Assembly: GCA_902491615.1 (NCBI GenBank)
Contig: CABUIH010000002.1
Span: forward strand, 24,383 to 88,382
Length of the DNA: 64,000 nucleotides
Direction of reading: 5' to 3'
Origin: an uncultured Collinsella sp.
GTDB lineage: Bacteria; Actinomycetota; Coriobacteriia; Coriobacteriales; Coriobacteriaceae
Shown here in pieces: positions 38,208-48,517 of this stretch. The notes beneath the pieces are model-generated. The model was not told where the DNA came from, made no database searches, and was given only the letters and a program-made list of their open reading frames with translations. The translations under genes and the position numbers were made by a program. Every line of letters starts with the position of its first letter. The stretch's first letter is position 1.

Positions 38208-40649
38208 GTGGCAGAGCGTCCGACATACAAGCTCAGGTTTCTCGATCCCAAAAAGCGCTTTCCGGCGATGCCCGAGCAGCCTGCGGGACGCTCATATGGC
38301 GTGGTCTGGAAACTCTTTGGCGAGGATCAGCATGAATCTTGTTATGTCGTCGAATTCGTTGGCAAAAGTCATGTGTCGCTTTTGGGCTACGTAAGCGTTT
38401 CGGGTGAGGTGTACAAGGTGGACCGCTCCGTCAGCGAGGCTCCGCTGCCCAACGATCCCGACATGGAACTGGTCCTTGACGAGTCGGATTCCAGTATTGG
38501 TGAGATTATGGTAAGGGAAGCCAACGGTGCAATGCGCGCGTGTGCGCAAACTGTCGGCTCTCCCGAAGGCCCCATGCGCGAGCAGTCCGACTACGAGACA
38601 TGGAATTCAACCCGCTCCCTTCCTTACGGCGAGTTCATGGCATCGATGTTCCTGCGCTACGTGATATTCGCTGACTCCGAAAATGCCATTGCGAGCACGG
38701 CGGACGCCGGCGGACTCGACGAGGGTATGCAAAACGTTGTCGACAAGATCAAGCTCGTAAAGTTGCCCGAGCCGGTCGAGGTGTTTTTGGGCTTTAGCAC
38801 GGCACCGCTCCCCGATGCTATCGAGACGCTGCTTTACCGCGTTGACCATGCTGAGAATCCGAGCGGTATCGAGCGCTATGCCGCCGCCCTTATGAGTGAA
38901 ATTGACTTGCCCCGCCTGCGCACCATCGCTGCCAAGTCCGAGATGAGCCTGGCTCGCATTGATCGTTCAAAGCTTTTCTATCTCAATTTTGATCGTAGCC
39001 TGTTGGACCAGGACGAGATTGACATGCTGCTTGCCATAGAGTGCCGTCTCAACCGCCTCTCCGGCATCCTTGAGCGCATCGGGGCCGGATTGGTCCCTGC
39101 GGCATCCTCGCCGAGCCTTGAGGGCTGCGCGCTCTTTGATGCGTGGCATATCGCCAAGACGACCAACGATGTTCCCCGACTGCTCGATACGGCTTCGAGC
39201 GATAACCCGTGGGCCAAGCCGGGAACGGTTTCGTGCCAGCCGGGCGGCGAGTGGGACGTGCGCACCCGCTTCGCGCGTATTGTCGAGGCGCTCAACGTGG
39301 TCACGCGGCTCGACTATACCTATCGAGTAAACGTTGCCGAGGGGATTATGCTCGTTCGGTTTGGGCAGTCTGTCGTTGATGCCATGCCGCAACGTGAATA
39401 CGACGCTCAAGATGACGCCTGGCGCGAGCTGGACGAGGACACGCGCGCGATCTGGGCCGCGGAGCACGATGCGCGCGTGGCACTCACGCTTGCGGCAGCG
39501 TGTTTTGCCGCGGGCACCTGCATCACGCGCTGCTATGTGCAGATTGCTGCTCCCGACAGTGAGCAGGGCGAGCGCGTTGTTGCAACGTATTTCTTTGGGC
39601 GTGCGGCCTATCTGGCCGATTGCGTGCCTGTCGCCAAGGATCTTGAGAGCATGGACATGGACGATATGTCGTGCAAGCGTGTACTTGAGGCGTATGAGTC
39701 AACCGCTCCGGAGACGATTGAGCCTGCGGAGGTTCATGCTCGTCCGCGTGATGACCATCGCACGCTGCCGCCGGCGCTGCGCGATCTGCTGCTTGCCGAT
39801 ACGGCTGACGAGTTGGAGGTCATGGAAGAGGACGACGACCCATACGTGGCCCGTGTTGTTGAATTGCGCGAGCAGGCAAAAGTCGACCGTACAGGTGCTT
39901 TTGAAGGCTTTTCCCGTCTTGTTGAGGAGTTGGAGGCTAAGTGCGCCGTCGCCGAGCTTTTGGCGACAGGTCCGGTTCAAACGCAGTTTTGCGATAACCA
40001 GCTGGTGCGCATGGTGCTACCGGTGTTGGAAGAAGACCGCTCTGTGCGAATCCTTCGTGCGCCCGATGCGCTGTACTTTGCCCAGCACGAGATCTGCAGC
40101 TTTTACGCCGAGCAAGAGGACTTTGAACGAGCGCTGCCCGAGGTGCGCCATCTTTACGATCTGGCGCGCTCGTCCATGCAATCGCACTTTGCGCTCATCA
40201 ACGTGCTTGCGCGTCTGGAGCGCTTTGACGAGATTATCGAGGTGGCGCGCCACGGCCTACGTATTGCCAGCGATCGTTCTGCAATCGGCTACCTGTTCTA
40301 TCGCTTGGCGTTTGCCTATTGGAATTGCGATCAGCTCGACCTGGCGCTGGCTTGTTACCGTCTGGTGCCGCGCGGCGAGGAGTCGGGCAGTAGCGCGCTG
40401 GAAGAAATGCAGGGCCTTATGAACGAGATGGGCGTCAGCGAGCCTCCGACGTTCGAGGAAGCGGTTGAGACCATCCGCAAGGCTGGACTCGAGCTGCCGC
40501 CAGTGTCCGCCGTGACGAATCAGCTGGCAGATGCCGCTGTTCAACTGGTCGACAACGGCTTCTTTTTCCTGGCACGCGGTTGCATCTTCCAAATGTGGCG
40601 CACCATGGGCAACGACGAGCTCGGCTCCCTCAACCGTTCGCTGGGGTAG
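38208..40649 (+). CDS. Large hypothetical protein with C-terminal TPR-like repeats
   Basis: 813-aa ORF; helical repeats such as YLFYRLAFAYWNCDQLDLALACYR. Confidence 0.75.
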   Translation: MAERPTYKLRFLDPKKRFPAMPEQPAGRSYGVVWKLFGEDQHESCYVVEFVGKSHVSLLGYVSVSGEVYKVDRSVSEAPLPNDPDMELVLDESDSSIGEIMVREANGAMRACAQTVGSPEGPMREQSDYETWNSTRSLPYGEFMASMFLRYVIFADSENAIASTADAGGLDEGMQNVVDKIKLVKLPEPVEVFLGFSTAPLPDAIETLLYRVDHAENPSGIERYAAALMSEIDLPRLRTIAAKSEMSLARIDRSKLFYLNFDRSLLDQDEIDMLLAIECRLNRLSGILERIGAGLVPAASSPSLEGCALFDAWHIAKTTNDVPRLLDTASSDNPWAKPGTVSCQPGGEWDVRTRFARIVEALNVVTRLDYTYRVNVAEGIMLVRFGQSVVDAMPQREYDAQDDAWRELDEDTRAIWAAEHDARVALTLAAACFAAGTCITRCYVQIAAPDSEQGERVVATYFFGRAAYLADCVPVAKDLESMDMDDMSCKRVLEAYESTAPETIEPAEVHARPRDDHRTLPPALRDLLLADTADELEVMEEDDDPYVARVVELREQAKVDRTGAFEGFSRLVEELEAKCAVAELLATGPVQTQFCDNQLVRMVLPVLEEDRSVRILRAPDALYFAQHEICSFYAEQEDFERALPEVRHLYDLARSSMQSHFALINVLARLERFDEIIEVARHGLRIASDRSAIGYLFYRLAFAYWNCDQLDLALACYRLVPRGEESGSSALEEMQGLMNEMGVSEPPTFEEAVETIRKAGLELPPVSAVTNQLADAAVQLVDNGFFFLARGCIFQMWRTMGNDELGSLNRSLG

Positions 40650-40741
40650 GCGAAGCTTCCAAGGAGGAAAGGATGCTAGGCAATTAGAAAATTTCCTCTT
40701 GCCCATCCTTGGCTGTTTGGTTACTATAGAACGGCTGTTAC

Positions 40742-40832
40742 GGAGAGCTGACCGAGAGGCCGAAGGTGCTCGCCTGCTAAGCGAGTATGCCCCAAAAGGG
40801 CATCTGGGGTTCGAATCCCCAGCTCTCCGCCA
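40742..40832 (+). tRNA. tRNA-Ser (GCT)
   Basis: GGAGAGC/GCTCTCC acceptor, ctcgc-ctGCTaa-gcgag anticodon arm, long variable arm, G73, CCA. Confidence 0.96.
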
Positions 40833-40964
40833 GTACGAATTTGAAGAAGGGTCCCATTTGGGGCCCTTTTTTATTATCAAGAATGGCGGCTGGGGATTCG
40901 AACCCTCAAAAAAAGAGGCATCCTTTCGGACGCCTCCTTTCAGTGGGCTGATTATTCTTGCGCT

Positions 40965-42305
40965 CTACACCTCAGGAGCCTTGGCGACGGTCTCGCTCTC
41001 TGCCGCAAGTGGGCGGTTGTCGATGCGGCGGCCCAAGCGATCGAGCTTCACGAGCAGCCATTCAATGGGATTCGGCCCTGCGCCTTCCTCGTCGGCAACC
41101 AGGTCCATGACGGCGATCTTGGTGCCGTCCTGCTTGAGCGTAACGCTGCCCACCTTGTCGCCCACATGCACCGTGCCCGAAAGATCGTCGTAGCTAACCT
41201 TTTCGGTCACCTCGCCGGCAAGGGAAAACACGGTCGCTTGCGCCGTGGGATCGGCGAGCGTGGCGTCGATCGTCTTATCCGTCCAGTCGGTTTGACTAAT
41301 GCGCGCCATAAGCGGGTTGCCGTTGGCGGTCTTTTCCTGCGTGTTGGCGATTGCGACCGTCACCTTGTGGTCGTAGTACCAGTTGGCAAGGGTTGCGGTA
41401 TCGGTAAAGCGCTGGTCGGTGGTGGTGGAGTTCAAAATAACGGTGTAGATCTCGTCGCCATCGCGGTTGTAGGCACCCGTAAAACAATAGCCCGCGTCGT
41501 CGGTGGTGCCGGTCTTGCCACCGATGTTGCCATCTTGGCCCAGCAAATAGTTATGCGTGTCCATGGAATGCGAATGGTCGGTGCCGTCGGCGCCCGTGAC
41601 TTCGATCCAGGAATCCTCGCTCGCTACGACCTCGCGGATCGTGTCGTTTTTCATGGCCTCCTGCATCATCAGCGCTACGTCGTGTGCGGTTGAGTGCATA
41701 TCGCCAGCCCACTCATCAAAGTCCAGACCATGCGGGTTTTCAAAAAGCGTACCGGTGCAGCCGAGCTTCTTAGCGCGCTCATTCATGGCCTTCACAAATG
41801 TGGCCTCGGCGTCTTTGGTCTTAGGGTCGATCTTCTTGCCCACATATTCGGCGAGCACGATGGCGGCGTCGTTGCCCGAGGGAATCATCAGGCCGCGCAG
41901 TGCCTGCTCCACGGTAAGCTCGTCGCCTTCGAGCAAGCCGGCGGTCGAATTACCCACGGTGGCCGCGGTGTTGCTCACCGTGACCTTCTCGTCCATCTTG
42001 CAATTCTCGACGGTTAGGATTGCGGTCATGACCTTGGTGATCGAGGCAATCTTGACCTGCTCATCGGCGCCGCGCCCATAGTAGACGGTGCCGTCTTTGC
42101 CCATGACGAGGGCATTGGTCGCATCGATATCGGGCAGGTTTTCGGCCGTGATGCCGCGCGCATCGGCGGTTTTGCCGCAAACATTGTCGGTCGTGAGCAC
42201 TTGGGCGCCGGCGACGGTGGGCGCGCCAGCGGCAAGGGCGATAGCGCAGACAAAGCCGGCGGCAAGCTGGGCTGAGCGCTTTGCAAAAGAGGTGAGGGAC
42301 TTCAC
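40965..42305 (-). CDS. D-alanyl-D-alanine carboxypeptidase (peptidase S11, DacA/PBP5-like; start approximate)
   Basis: Signal peptide; SxxK (SITK), SxN (SGN), NPHGL and KTG motifs. Confidence 0.92.
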   Translation of the reverse strand: MKSLTSFAKRSAQLAAGFVCAIALAAGAPTVAGAQVLTTDNVCGKTADARGITAENLPDIDATNALVMGKDGTVYYGRGADEQVKIASITKVMTAILTVENCKMDEKVTVSNTAATVGNSTAGLLEGDELTVEQALRGLMIPSGNDAAIVLAEYVGKKIDPKTKDAEATFVKAMNERAKKLGCTGTLFENPHGLDFDEWAGDMHSTAHDVALMMQEAMKNDTIREVVASEDSWIEVTGADGTDHSHSMDTHNYLLGQDGNIGGKTGTTDDAGYCFTGAYNRDGDEIYTVILNSTTTDQRFTDTATLANWYYDHKVTVAIANTQEKTANGNPLMARISQTDWTDKTIDATLADPTAQATVFSLAGEVTEKVSYDDLSGTVHVGDKVGSVTLKQDGTKIAVMDLVADEEGAGPNPIEWLLVKLDRLGRRIDNRPLAAESETVAKAPEV

Positions 42306-42502
42306 AGATTTCGCTTTCGACGGGATGGTCTCTTCTGAAACTAGAGTATATCGTTTGCCGGCGTCGGCGATCATCGCGTGCGCGCTTGGCCCACATCCGC
42401 ACCCGAACGGGCACAAGGGTGCTTAAGGCCGACTTAATCACCCACGCTTGTTGTGTGTGGCGTGCGTCGCCTCAGGCATAATGGAGCGCGAGAGGAGCAC
42501 GC

Positions 42503-43198
42503 ATGAACGAGCGCATTTTGGTAGTTGATGACGAGAAGGCCATCGCCGACTTGGTTGGCATCTACCTTACAAAAGAGGGCTTTGATGTCCAGATTGCCTA
42601 TAGCGGGGCCGATGCCGCCAAGGCAATCTTGGAGCAGGAGTTCGATCTGGCACTGCTGGATGTCATGCTGCCCGATATCGATGGGTTTGAGCTGCTGCGT
42701 ACGATCCGTTCCAGCCATACCTATCCCGTGATCATGCTGACGGCGCGCGATGCCCAGCAAGACAAGATCGAGGGCCTTTCGCTTGGCGCGGACGATTACG
42801 TGGTTAAGCCGTTCCGTCCGCTGGAGCTCATCGCGCGCGTGCACGCTCAGCTTCGCCGCTACACCAGCTACGGTAGCCGTGCACAGGCGGCCGAGTCGCC
42901 GACCATTCAGCTCGACGGCTTGGAGATCAACCGCGATGCTCGTTCCGTAACGGTGGACGGTTCACCGGTACGCCTCACACCCACCGAGTATTCAATCTTG
43001 CTGTATCTGGTCGAGCATCGCGGCAGCGTGGTGGCCGTGGAGGACCTGTTCCGCGCGGTATGGAACGAGGACTTTATGCCCGGCTCCAACAATACGGTGA
43101 TGGTGCACATTCGCCATTTGCGCGAAAAGATCGGCGACGACGCACAAAAGCCGCGCTTTATCAAAAACGTCTGGGGCGTCGGCTACATCATCGAATAA
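42503..43198 (+). CDS. OmpR-family response regulator (VanR-like)
   Basis: VVDDE, LDVMLP, KPFRPLELIARV, NNTVMVHIRHLREK, VWGVGY. Confidence 0.92.
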   Translation: MNERILVVDDEKAIADLVGIYLTKEGFDVQIAYSGADAAKAILEQEFDLALLDVMLPDIDGFELLRTIRSSHTYPVIMLTARDAQQDKIEGLSLGADDYVVKPFRPLELIARVHAQLRRYTSYGSRAQAAESPTIQLDGLEINRDARSVTVDGSPVRLTPTEYSILLYLVEHRGSVVAVEDLFRAVWNEDFMPGSNNTVMVHIRHLREKIGDDAQKPRFIKNVWGVGYIIE

Positions 43199-43224
43199 CG
43201 CTTTTCGCTTGTGAGGATCTTGAT

Positions 43225-44463
43225 ATGACAAAAGACGATAGGCAAGCGTTCGAGGTGCCCGATCGACTCTTTGAATACGTGAGGTCAGTCGTCGACAACC
43301 GCGCGCTTGCAACGGTGCTGCTCTTTTTGCTGAGCCTGCTGCTGATTGGCATCGATAACATCGCTGGAATCTTGGCGGTGCTGCTTGTCGGCTTTTTGCT
43401 GATCGATCGATTTGAGATCGTGCGCCGCTGCATGGTGATTGGCGGCGCCGCGTGGGCCATGACGTTGGCGATTGGCGCCATGGCGCTCGGCGGCATCGAG
43501 GGGCCGGTGCTGTTCGATGCCGGCTTTGTATTCAACATGCTTGGCTTTGTGCTGGCGCTTGCCGCGTGCGTGCTGTTCTTGTGTGGCCGCGCCCTGTACT
43601 ACCAGGGCTACGAACAGGGCGAGCAGCATGCCGATTGTGTGCTGGCCGCTCGTATTCAAGATCGCCTGATCGATCACCCCGACACCTGGGACAACATCGA
43701 CGGCGACTTCTTGGAGGTCGAGGGCGCCCTTAACCGCGTGCGTGACCGTGAGCGCAAGGTGCAACAGGCCTTGCGTGACGAGTCGCATCGCAAGGACGAT
43801 CTGGTCACGTACTTGGCACATGACCTACGCACCCCGCTTGCCAGTGTGGTGGGCTATCTTTCGCTGCTGCAAGAGGCTCCTGAGCTGCCGGTTGAGCAAC
43901 GTGCGCACTTTACGGGCGTGGCTCTCGACAAGGCGCACCGGCTCGATGCACTCATCGAAGAGTTCTTCGATATCACACGCTTTGACTTCCACGATATCGT
44001 GCTCACGCGCGGCTATGTTGATCTGGGGTTGCTGCTGGCTCAGGTGGCTGACGAGTTCTATCCCATCCTCAACGAGCAGCATAAGGAAGCCCAAGTTGAT
44101 ATTCGCGAGGACCTGACGGTGCTCGTGGATGGCGACAAGATGGCTCGCGTGTTCAACAACATCATGAAAAACGCCGTCGCCTATAGCTATGAGGGCTCGA
44201 CTATCACGATTGAGGCCAGACGCCGGGACGACGGTGGCGTGCGCGTGCGCTTTATCAATCAGGGCGATCCCATCCCTGAGGCAAAGCTCAAGGTGATCTT
44301 TGAGAAGTTCTATCGCCTGGATGCGGCGCGTGCGACCAATCGCGGTGGTGCCGGTCTGGGCCTTGCTATTGCCAAGGAGATCATCGCGGCACACGGCGGT
44401 ACCGTTGCATGTGAATCGACGCCCGAACACACGATATTCACCATCGAGCTGCCCGCCGCATAG
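43225..44463 (+). CDS. Sensor histidine kinase (VanS-like)
   Basis: RKDDLVTYLAHDLRTPL, EEFFDITRF, KMARVFNNIMKNAVAYS, GGAGLGLAI; multiple TM helices. Confidence 0.92.
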   Translation: MTKDDRQAFEVPDRLFEYVRSVVDNRALATVLLFLLSLLLIGIDNIAGILAVLLVGFLLIDRFEIVRRCMVIGGAAWAMTLAIGAMALGGIEGPVLFDAGFVFNMLGFVLALAACVLFLCGRALYYQGYEQGEQHADCVLAARIQDRLIDHPDTWDNIDGDFLEVEGALNRVRDRERKVQQALRDESHRKDDLVTYLAHDLRTPLASVVGYLSLLQEAPELPVEQRAHFTGVALDKAHRLDALIEEFFDITRFDFHDIVLTRGYVDLGLLLAQVADEFYPILNEQHKEAQVDIREDLTVLVDGDKMARVFNNIMKNAVAYSYEGSTITIEARRRDDGGVRVRFINQGDPIPEAKLKVIFEKFYRLDAARATNRGGAGLGLAIAKEIIAAHGGTVACESTPEHTIFTIELPAA

Positions 44464-44566
44464 TCAGCGTGCCCTTACAAACACTTGACAATGCGCTCAC
44501 GTGCATATGAGCCGCGATTTCTACTATCGATACTGCTGAATTGATATCGATGTGGAGGTATGCGGT

Positions 44567-45442
44567 ATGACGGCTGCTGCGGCTGTGGAGCCCACGGAGC
44601 TTAAAGAACTCATGAAAGCGCAGGCCGAGGCCGCGCACGAGCGCGAGGTTGGGGATGCGACTCGCCCCACGGCAGAGGATCTTGCCGCCTCGCCGACGCG
44701 CATCGATATCGAGGGCCTCGACCTGTTCTATGGCGACCATCATGCGCTCAAGGACGTGAATATCAAGATTCGCGACAAGCAGATCACCTCGTTTATCGGG
44801 CCTTCGGGCTGCGGAAAGTCCACGTTGCTGCGCTGCTTTAACCGCATGAACGACGGCATCAAGGACTGCCGAATCGAGGGCAAGATTGCGCTCGATGGTC
44901 AAGATATCCTGGGCGATTACGACATCTGCCGTTTGCGCCAGCGCGTGGGCATGGTGTTTCAGCGCCCCAACCCGTTTCCCATGAGCATCTACGACAACGT
45001 CGCCTACGGTCCTCGCGGAATGGGAGTGCGCGACCGCGTCGTGCTCGACGAGCTGGTCGAAGACTCCCTGCGACGCGCCGCCCTGTGGGACGAGGCCAAG
45101 GACAAGCTCAAAGAGTCGGGTCTGGGTCTTTCGGGCGGCCAGCAGCAGCGTCTGTGCATCGCCCGCGCACTTGCCGTGCAGCCCGACATTCTGCTGATGG
45201 ACGAGCCGACCTCGGCACTCGACCCTGTGTCGACGCTGGTGGTGGAGCAGCTGGCCTGCGAGCTCAAAGAGACCTGCACGCTCGTGGTCGTTACGCACAA
45301 TATGCAGCAGGCGGCGCGTATCTCCGATTCGGTCGCATTCTTTTTGCTGGGTGAGCTGGTGGAGCACGCGCCCACCGCGCAACTCTTCAAGAATCCGACC
45401 GATCCGCGCACGGCGGATTATTTGACGGGGCGTTTTGGCTGA
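44567..45442 (+). CDS. pstB: Phosphate ABC transporter ATP-binding protein
   Basis: [54 protein letters not shown]. Confidence 0.96.
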   Translation: MTAAAAVEPTELKELMKAQAEAAHEREVGDATRPTAEDLAASPTRIDIEGLDLFYGDHHALKDVNIKIRDKQITSFIGPSGCGKSTLLRCFNRMNDGIKDCRIEGKIALDGQDILGDYDICRLRQRVGMVFQRPNPFPMSIYDNVAYGPRGMGVRDRVVLDELVEDSLRRAALWDEAKDKLKESGLGLSGGQQQRLCIARALAVQPDILLMDEPTSALDPVSTLVVEQLACELKETCTLVVVTHNMQQAARISDSVAFFLLGELVEHAPTAQLFKNPTDPRTADYLTGRFG

Positions 45443-45506
45443 TACCATCTAGTAAAGGTACCTTTAGGGTTAAGATGCGGTCATGCCGGCCGCAAAGGGG
45501 TTCAAC

Positions 45507-46235
45507 ATGATCTATTACGTCGAGGACGATGACAACATCAGGGATTTGACGGTCTATGCGCTGCGCAAGCAGGGGATTGAGGCCGAAGGCTTTTCGTGCG
45601 ACGGTGAGTTTAAGGCTGCCGTGGCGCGACGGGTACCCGATGCCGTCCTGCTCGACATCATGCTGCCCGATACCGATGGCTTGGCGATTATGCGTCGACT
45701 GCGTGCCGATCGCCTGACGGCGACGGTGCCCATCATGATGCTTACCGCCAAGGATACCGAGCTCGACAAGGTGATGGCGCTCGATGGCGGTGCCGACGAT
45801 TACCTGACTAAGCCGTTTTCGCTCATGGAGCTCGCCAGCCGCTGCCGCGCACTGCTGCGTCGCGGCGGCATGGTCAAACAGGCAAGCGATGTGCTCAGCG
45901 TGGGCGACATTGTGCTCTCGCCCAGCCATCGCGAGGTGACTGTTGCCGGCGAGTCGCTTAAGCTCACCCTGCGCGAGTTCGACCTGCTCGAGTACCTCAT
46001 GCGCAAGCCCGGCGTGGTCTTTACCCGCGAGTCGTTGCTGCAGAGCGTGTGGGGCTGGGACTTCGACGGCGGTTCGCGCACCGTTGACGTGCACGTGCAG
46101 ACGCTTCGCCAAAAACTGGGCGAGCATGCCAGCGCCATCGAGACCGTGCGCGGCGTGGGCTACCGCTTGGCCGAGCCTTCTGCCGGTGATGGTGCCGAAG
46201 GTGACGACACCGCGGCCACCGCATCGGAGGAGTAA
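45507..46235 (+). CDS. PhoB/PhoP-like response regulator
   Basis: Receiver plus OmpR winged helix (SRTVDVHV..LRQKL, TVRGVGY); directly after pstB. Confidence 0.88.
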   Translation: MIYYVEDDDNIRDLTVYALRKQGIEAEGFSCDGEFKAAVARRVPDAVLLDIMLPDTDGLAIMRRLRADRLTATVPIMMLTAKDTELDKVMALDGGADDYLTKPFSLMELASRCRALLRRGGMVKQASDVLSVGDIVLSPSHREVTVAGESLKLTLREFDLLEYLMRKPGVVFTRESLLQSVWGWDFDGGSRTVDVHVQTLRQKLGEHASAIETVRGVGYRLAEPSAGDGAEGDDTAATASEE

Positions 46236-46238
46236 CCC

Positions 46239-47663
46239 GTGGTCTTCGCCCCCCAGGGAAAACATACGCTGTCGCACCGCGTTTTTGTGACGATCTTTGT
46301 CTGCGCCATGGCGGTTATCGTGGCGTTTACGGTGCTGGGTGCGTTCTTTGTGCAAAACACCTTGGCGGATGCCACGAGTGCCAACCTGGCGCAAGAAACC
46401 GAGCTCATTGCTGCCGCCCTCGACGAGCAGCAGGAGCCCATCCCGTTCTTGCGTAGCCTCGATCGAGAGGACTTGCGCATCACGCTGATTAACAAGGATG
46501 GATCGGTTGCCTACGACAACGAGGCGTCGCCTTCCACACTGCCCAACCATGGCGATCGCCCCGAGGTCATCGAGGCCTTTGAGAGTGGTTCGGGTTCCGC
46601 GGAGCGCGCAAGCTCTACGCTCGACGAGATTATGCTGTATCGCGCCGTCGCCCTTGATAACGGCCAGGTTGTCCGCTTGGCGCAGGCCCAGCCTGGCGTT
46701 GCGGCGATTTTGCTGTCGATGGTGGCGCCGATGCTGCTTATCGCAGCAGCGGGTGCGGTACTCTCGTTTTTTATGGCGCGCCGCGAGTCCCGTGCCATCA
46801 TCGCGCCTTTGCAAGAGGTGGATTTGGACCACCCACGCCGTAGCTATGAGCACGCCTATGCCGAGATGGTCCCCATGCTTGAGCGTATTGAGTCGCAGCG
46901 CCAGGAGCTCAAGCGCCAAATGGCGGTGCTGGCGGACAACGACCGTATGCGCCGCGAGTTCACGGCGAATATCACCCATGAGCTCAAGACGCCGCTTACG
47001 GCGATTTCGGGCTATGCCGAGCTCATCGCAAACGGCATGGTCGAGGGCGAGGGCGACCTGCGCAACTTTGGCGGTCGCATCTATCGTGAGGCGGGCCGCT
47101 TGGCAGCGCTTGTCAACGATATCCTTACGCTGTCTAACTTGGACGAGGCCGAGCGTGCAACTGAGGGCGAGGCGGTGCCCATTGGGTCCACGGAGCCTAT
47201 TGAGCTCTCGCGTGCCATCTACGCGGTTGAGCAGCGTCTTGAACAGGTCGCCCGTCAGGCGAATGTGACGATAAGTCATGAGACCAAGCCTGTGGTCATC
47301 GAGGGCGTGTCGCGCTTGATTGACGAGCTCATCTATAATCTGGCAAGCAACGCCATCCGCTACAATCGACCCGGCGGTACGGTTACGCTGCAGTGCGGCA
47401 CCAACGACGAAGGCCATCCGTTCCTTGCGGTCGCCGACACGGGAATCGGTATCGCGCCTGAAGAACAGGGCAAGGTATTTGAGCGGTTCTATCGCGTGGA
47501 CAAGAGTAGGTCCAAGGCGCGCGGCGGAACCGGTCTGGGGCTTGCCATTGTCAAGCATGCGGCCCTGTATCATCACGCCACGCTCGATCTGTCGAGCGAG
47601 TTGGGCGTGGGAACCACCATTACGGTGACGTTTCCCATACAGCAGGACGAGCCATTCGCATAG
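46239..47663 (+). CDS. PhoR-like sensor histidine kinase
   Basis: NHGDRPEV, MRREFTANITHELKTPL, FERFYRVDKSRS..GGTGLGLAIVKH. Confidence 0.9.
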   Translation: MVFAPQGKHTLSHRVFVTIFVCAMAVIVAFTVLGAFFVQNTLADATSANLAQETELIAAALDEQQEPIPFLRSLDREDLRITLINKDGSVAYDNEASPSTLPNHGDRPEVIEAFESGSGSAERASSTLDEIMLYRAVALDNGQVVRLAQAQPGVAAILLSMVAPMLLIAAAGAVLSFFMARRESRAIIAPLQEVDLDHPRRSYEHAYAEMVPMLERIESQRQELKRQMAVLADNDRMRREFTANITHELKTPLTAISGYAELIANGMVEGEGDLRNFGGRIYREAGRLAALVNDILTLSNLDEAERATEGEAVPIGSTEPIELSRAIYAVEQRLEQVARQANVTISHETKPVVIEGVSRLIDELIYNLASNAIRYNRPGGTVTLQCGTNDEGHPFLAVADTGIGIAPEEQGKVFERFYRVDKSRSKARGGTGLGLAIVKHAALYHHATLDLSSELGVGTTITVTFPIQQDEPFA

Positions 47664-47858
47664 CGATACAACATAGATATTGATGTAGACGCCGCATTTG
47701 ACTTTCGGGTGCGGCGTTGTTGTGCAATTTTACGATTGCTTCCGACATTTTTACAGGAGAGCCTGTTTCTTATGTATAGAGTTTGGTCTCGGCAAAAAGA
47801 TGCGATAACATACGGGCAGTTTTGTCAATACGAACTGGGGAAATGAAAGGCAAGCTGC

Positions 47859-48515
47859 ATGACCCTTCTCGAACTGTTCCAGCTGCTCAAAAAGCACCTT
47901 CAGCTGGTCATCACCCTTCCGGTGGTCTGCGCGATCGCCATGGGCATTGTGTCCTTTGTTGCGATGGACAACACCTATACCGCGACGACGAGCATGTACA
48001 TTCTCGCCAAGACCGACGATAGCGGTCAGATGAGCTACAACGATCTCTCGGCGAGCCAGATGCTTTCCAACGATATCGCCACGCTGCTGGATAGCGATAG
48101 CGTTAAGAGCGGCGCCGCCAAGGAACTGGGCCTCACCGATCTGGATGACTACAAGGTGTCTGTTTCCTCCGAGACCACCACGCGTGTCATTACGCTTTCG
48201 GTTACCGGCACCGATGCCAAGGAGACGGCTAAGGTCGCAAAGGCCATGGCCAGCTCGGTGAGCACGGTCGCTCAGAACGTCGGCGCTGCCCAGAGCATCA
48301 ACGTTATCGACGAGGCTAAGACTCCCGAAGTCCCCAGCGGCCCCAAGCGCACGTTGTACGTTGCTGTCGCGTTCCTCGCCGGTATCTTTATCGCAGTTGC
48401 CTATGTCGTTTTGGCAGACATGCTCAATACCCGCATCCGCGGTGCCGAAGAGGCAGAAGAGCTCCTGGGCATTCCCGTTGTTGGCCGAATTCCGGCTATG
48501 AAAGGTGGTAAATAG
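47859..48515 (+). CDS. Polysaccharide co-polymerase CpsC/CapA (Wzz/YveK family)
   Basis: Two TM helices, YTATTSMYI, PSGP, LGIPVVGRIP C-terminus. Confidence 0.9.
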   Translation: MTLLELFQLLKKHLQLVITLPVVCAIAMGIVSFVAMDNTYTATTSMYILAKTDDSGQMSYNDLSASQMLSNDIATLLDSDSVKSGAAKELGLTDLDDYKVSVSSETTTRVITLSVTGTDAKETAKVAKAMASSVSTVAQNVGAAQSINVIDEAKTPEVPSGPKRTLYVAVAFLAGIFIAVAYVVLADMLNTRIRGAEEAEELLGIPVVGRIPAMKGGK

Positions 48516-48517
48516 GC

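Noticed and set aside
42503..44463. Vancomycin resistance cluster
   Set aside because: No D-Ala-D-Lac/D-Ser ligase, dehydrogenase, racemase or VanX/VanY gene is adjacent
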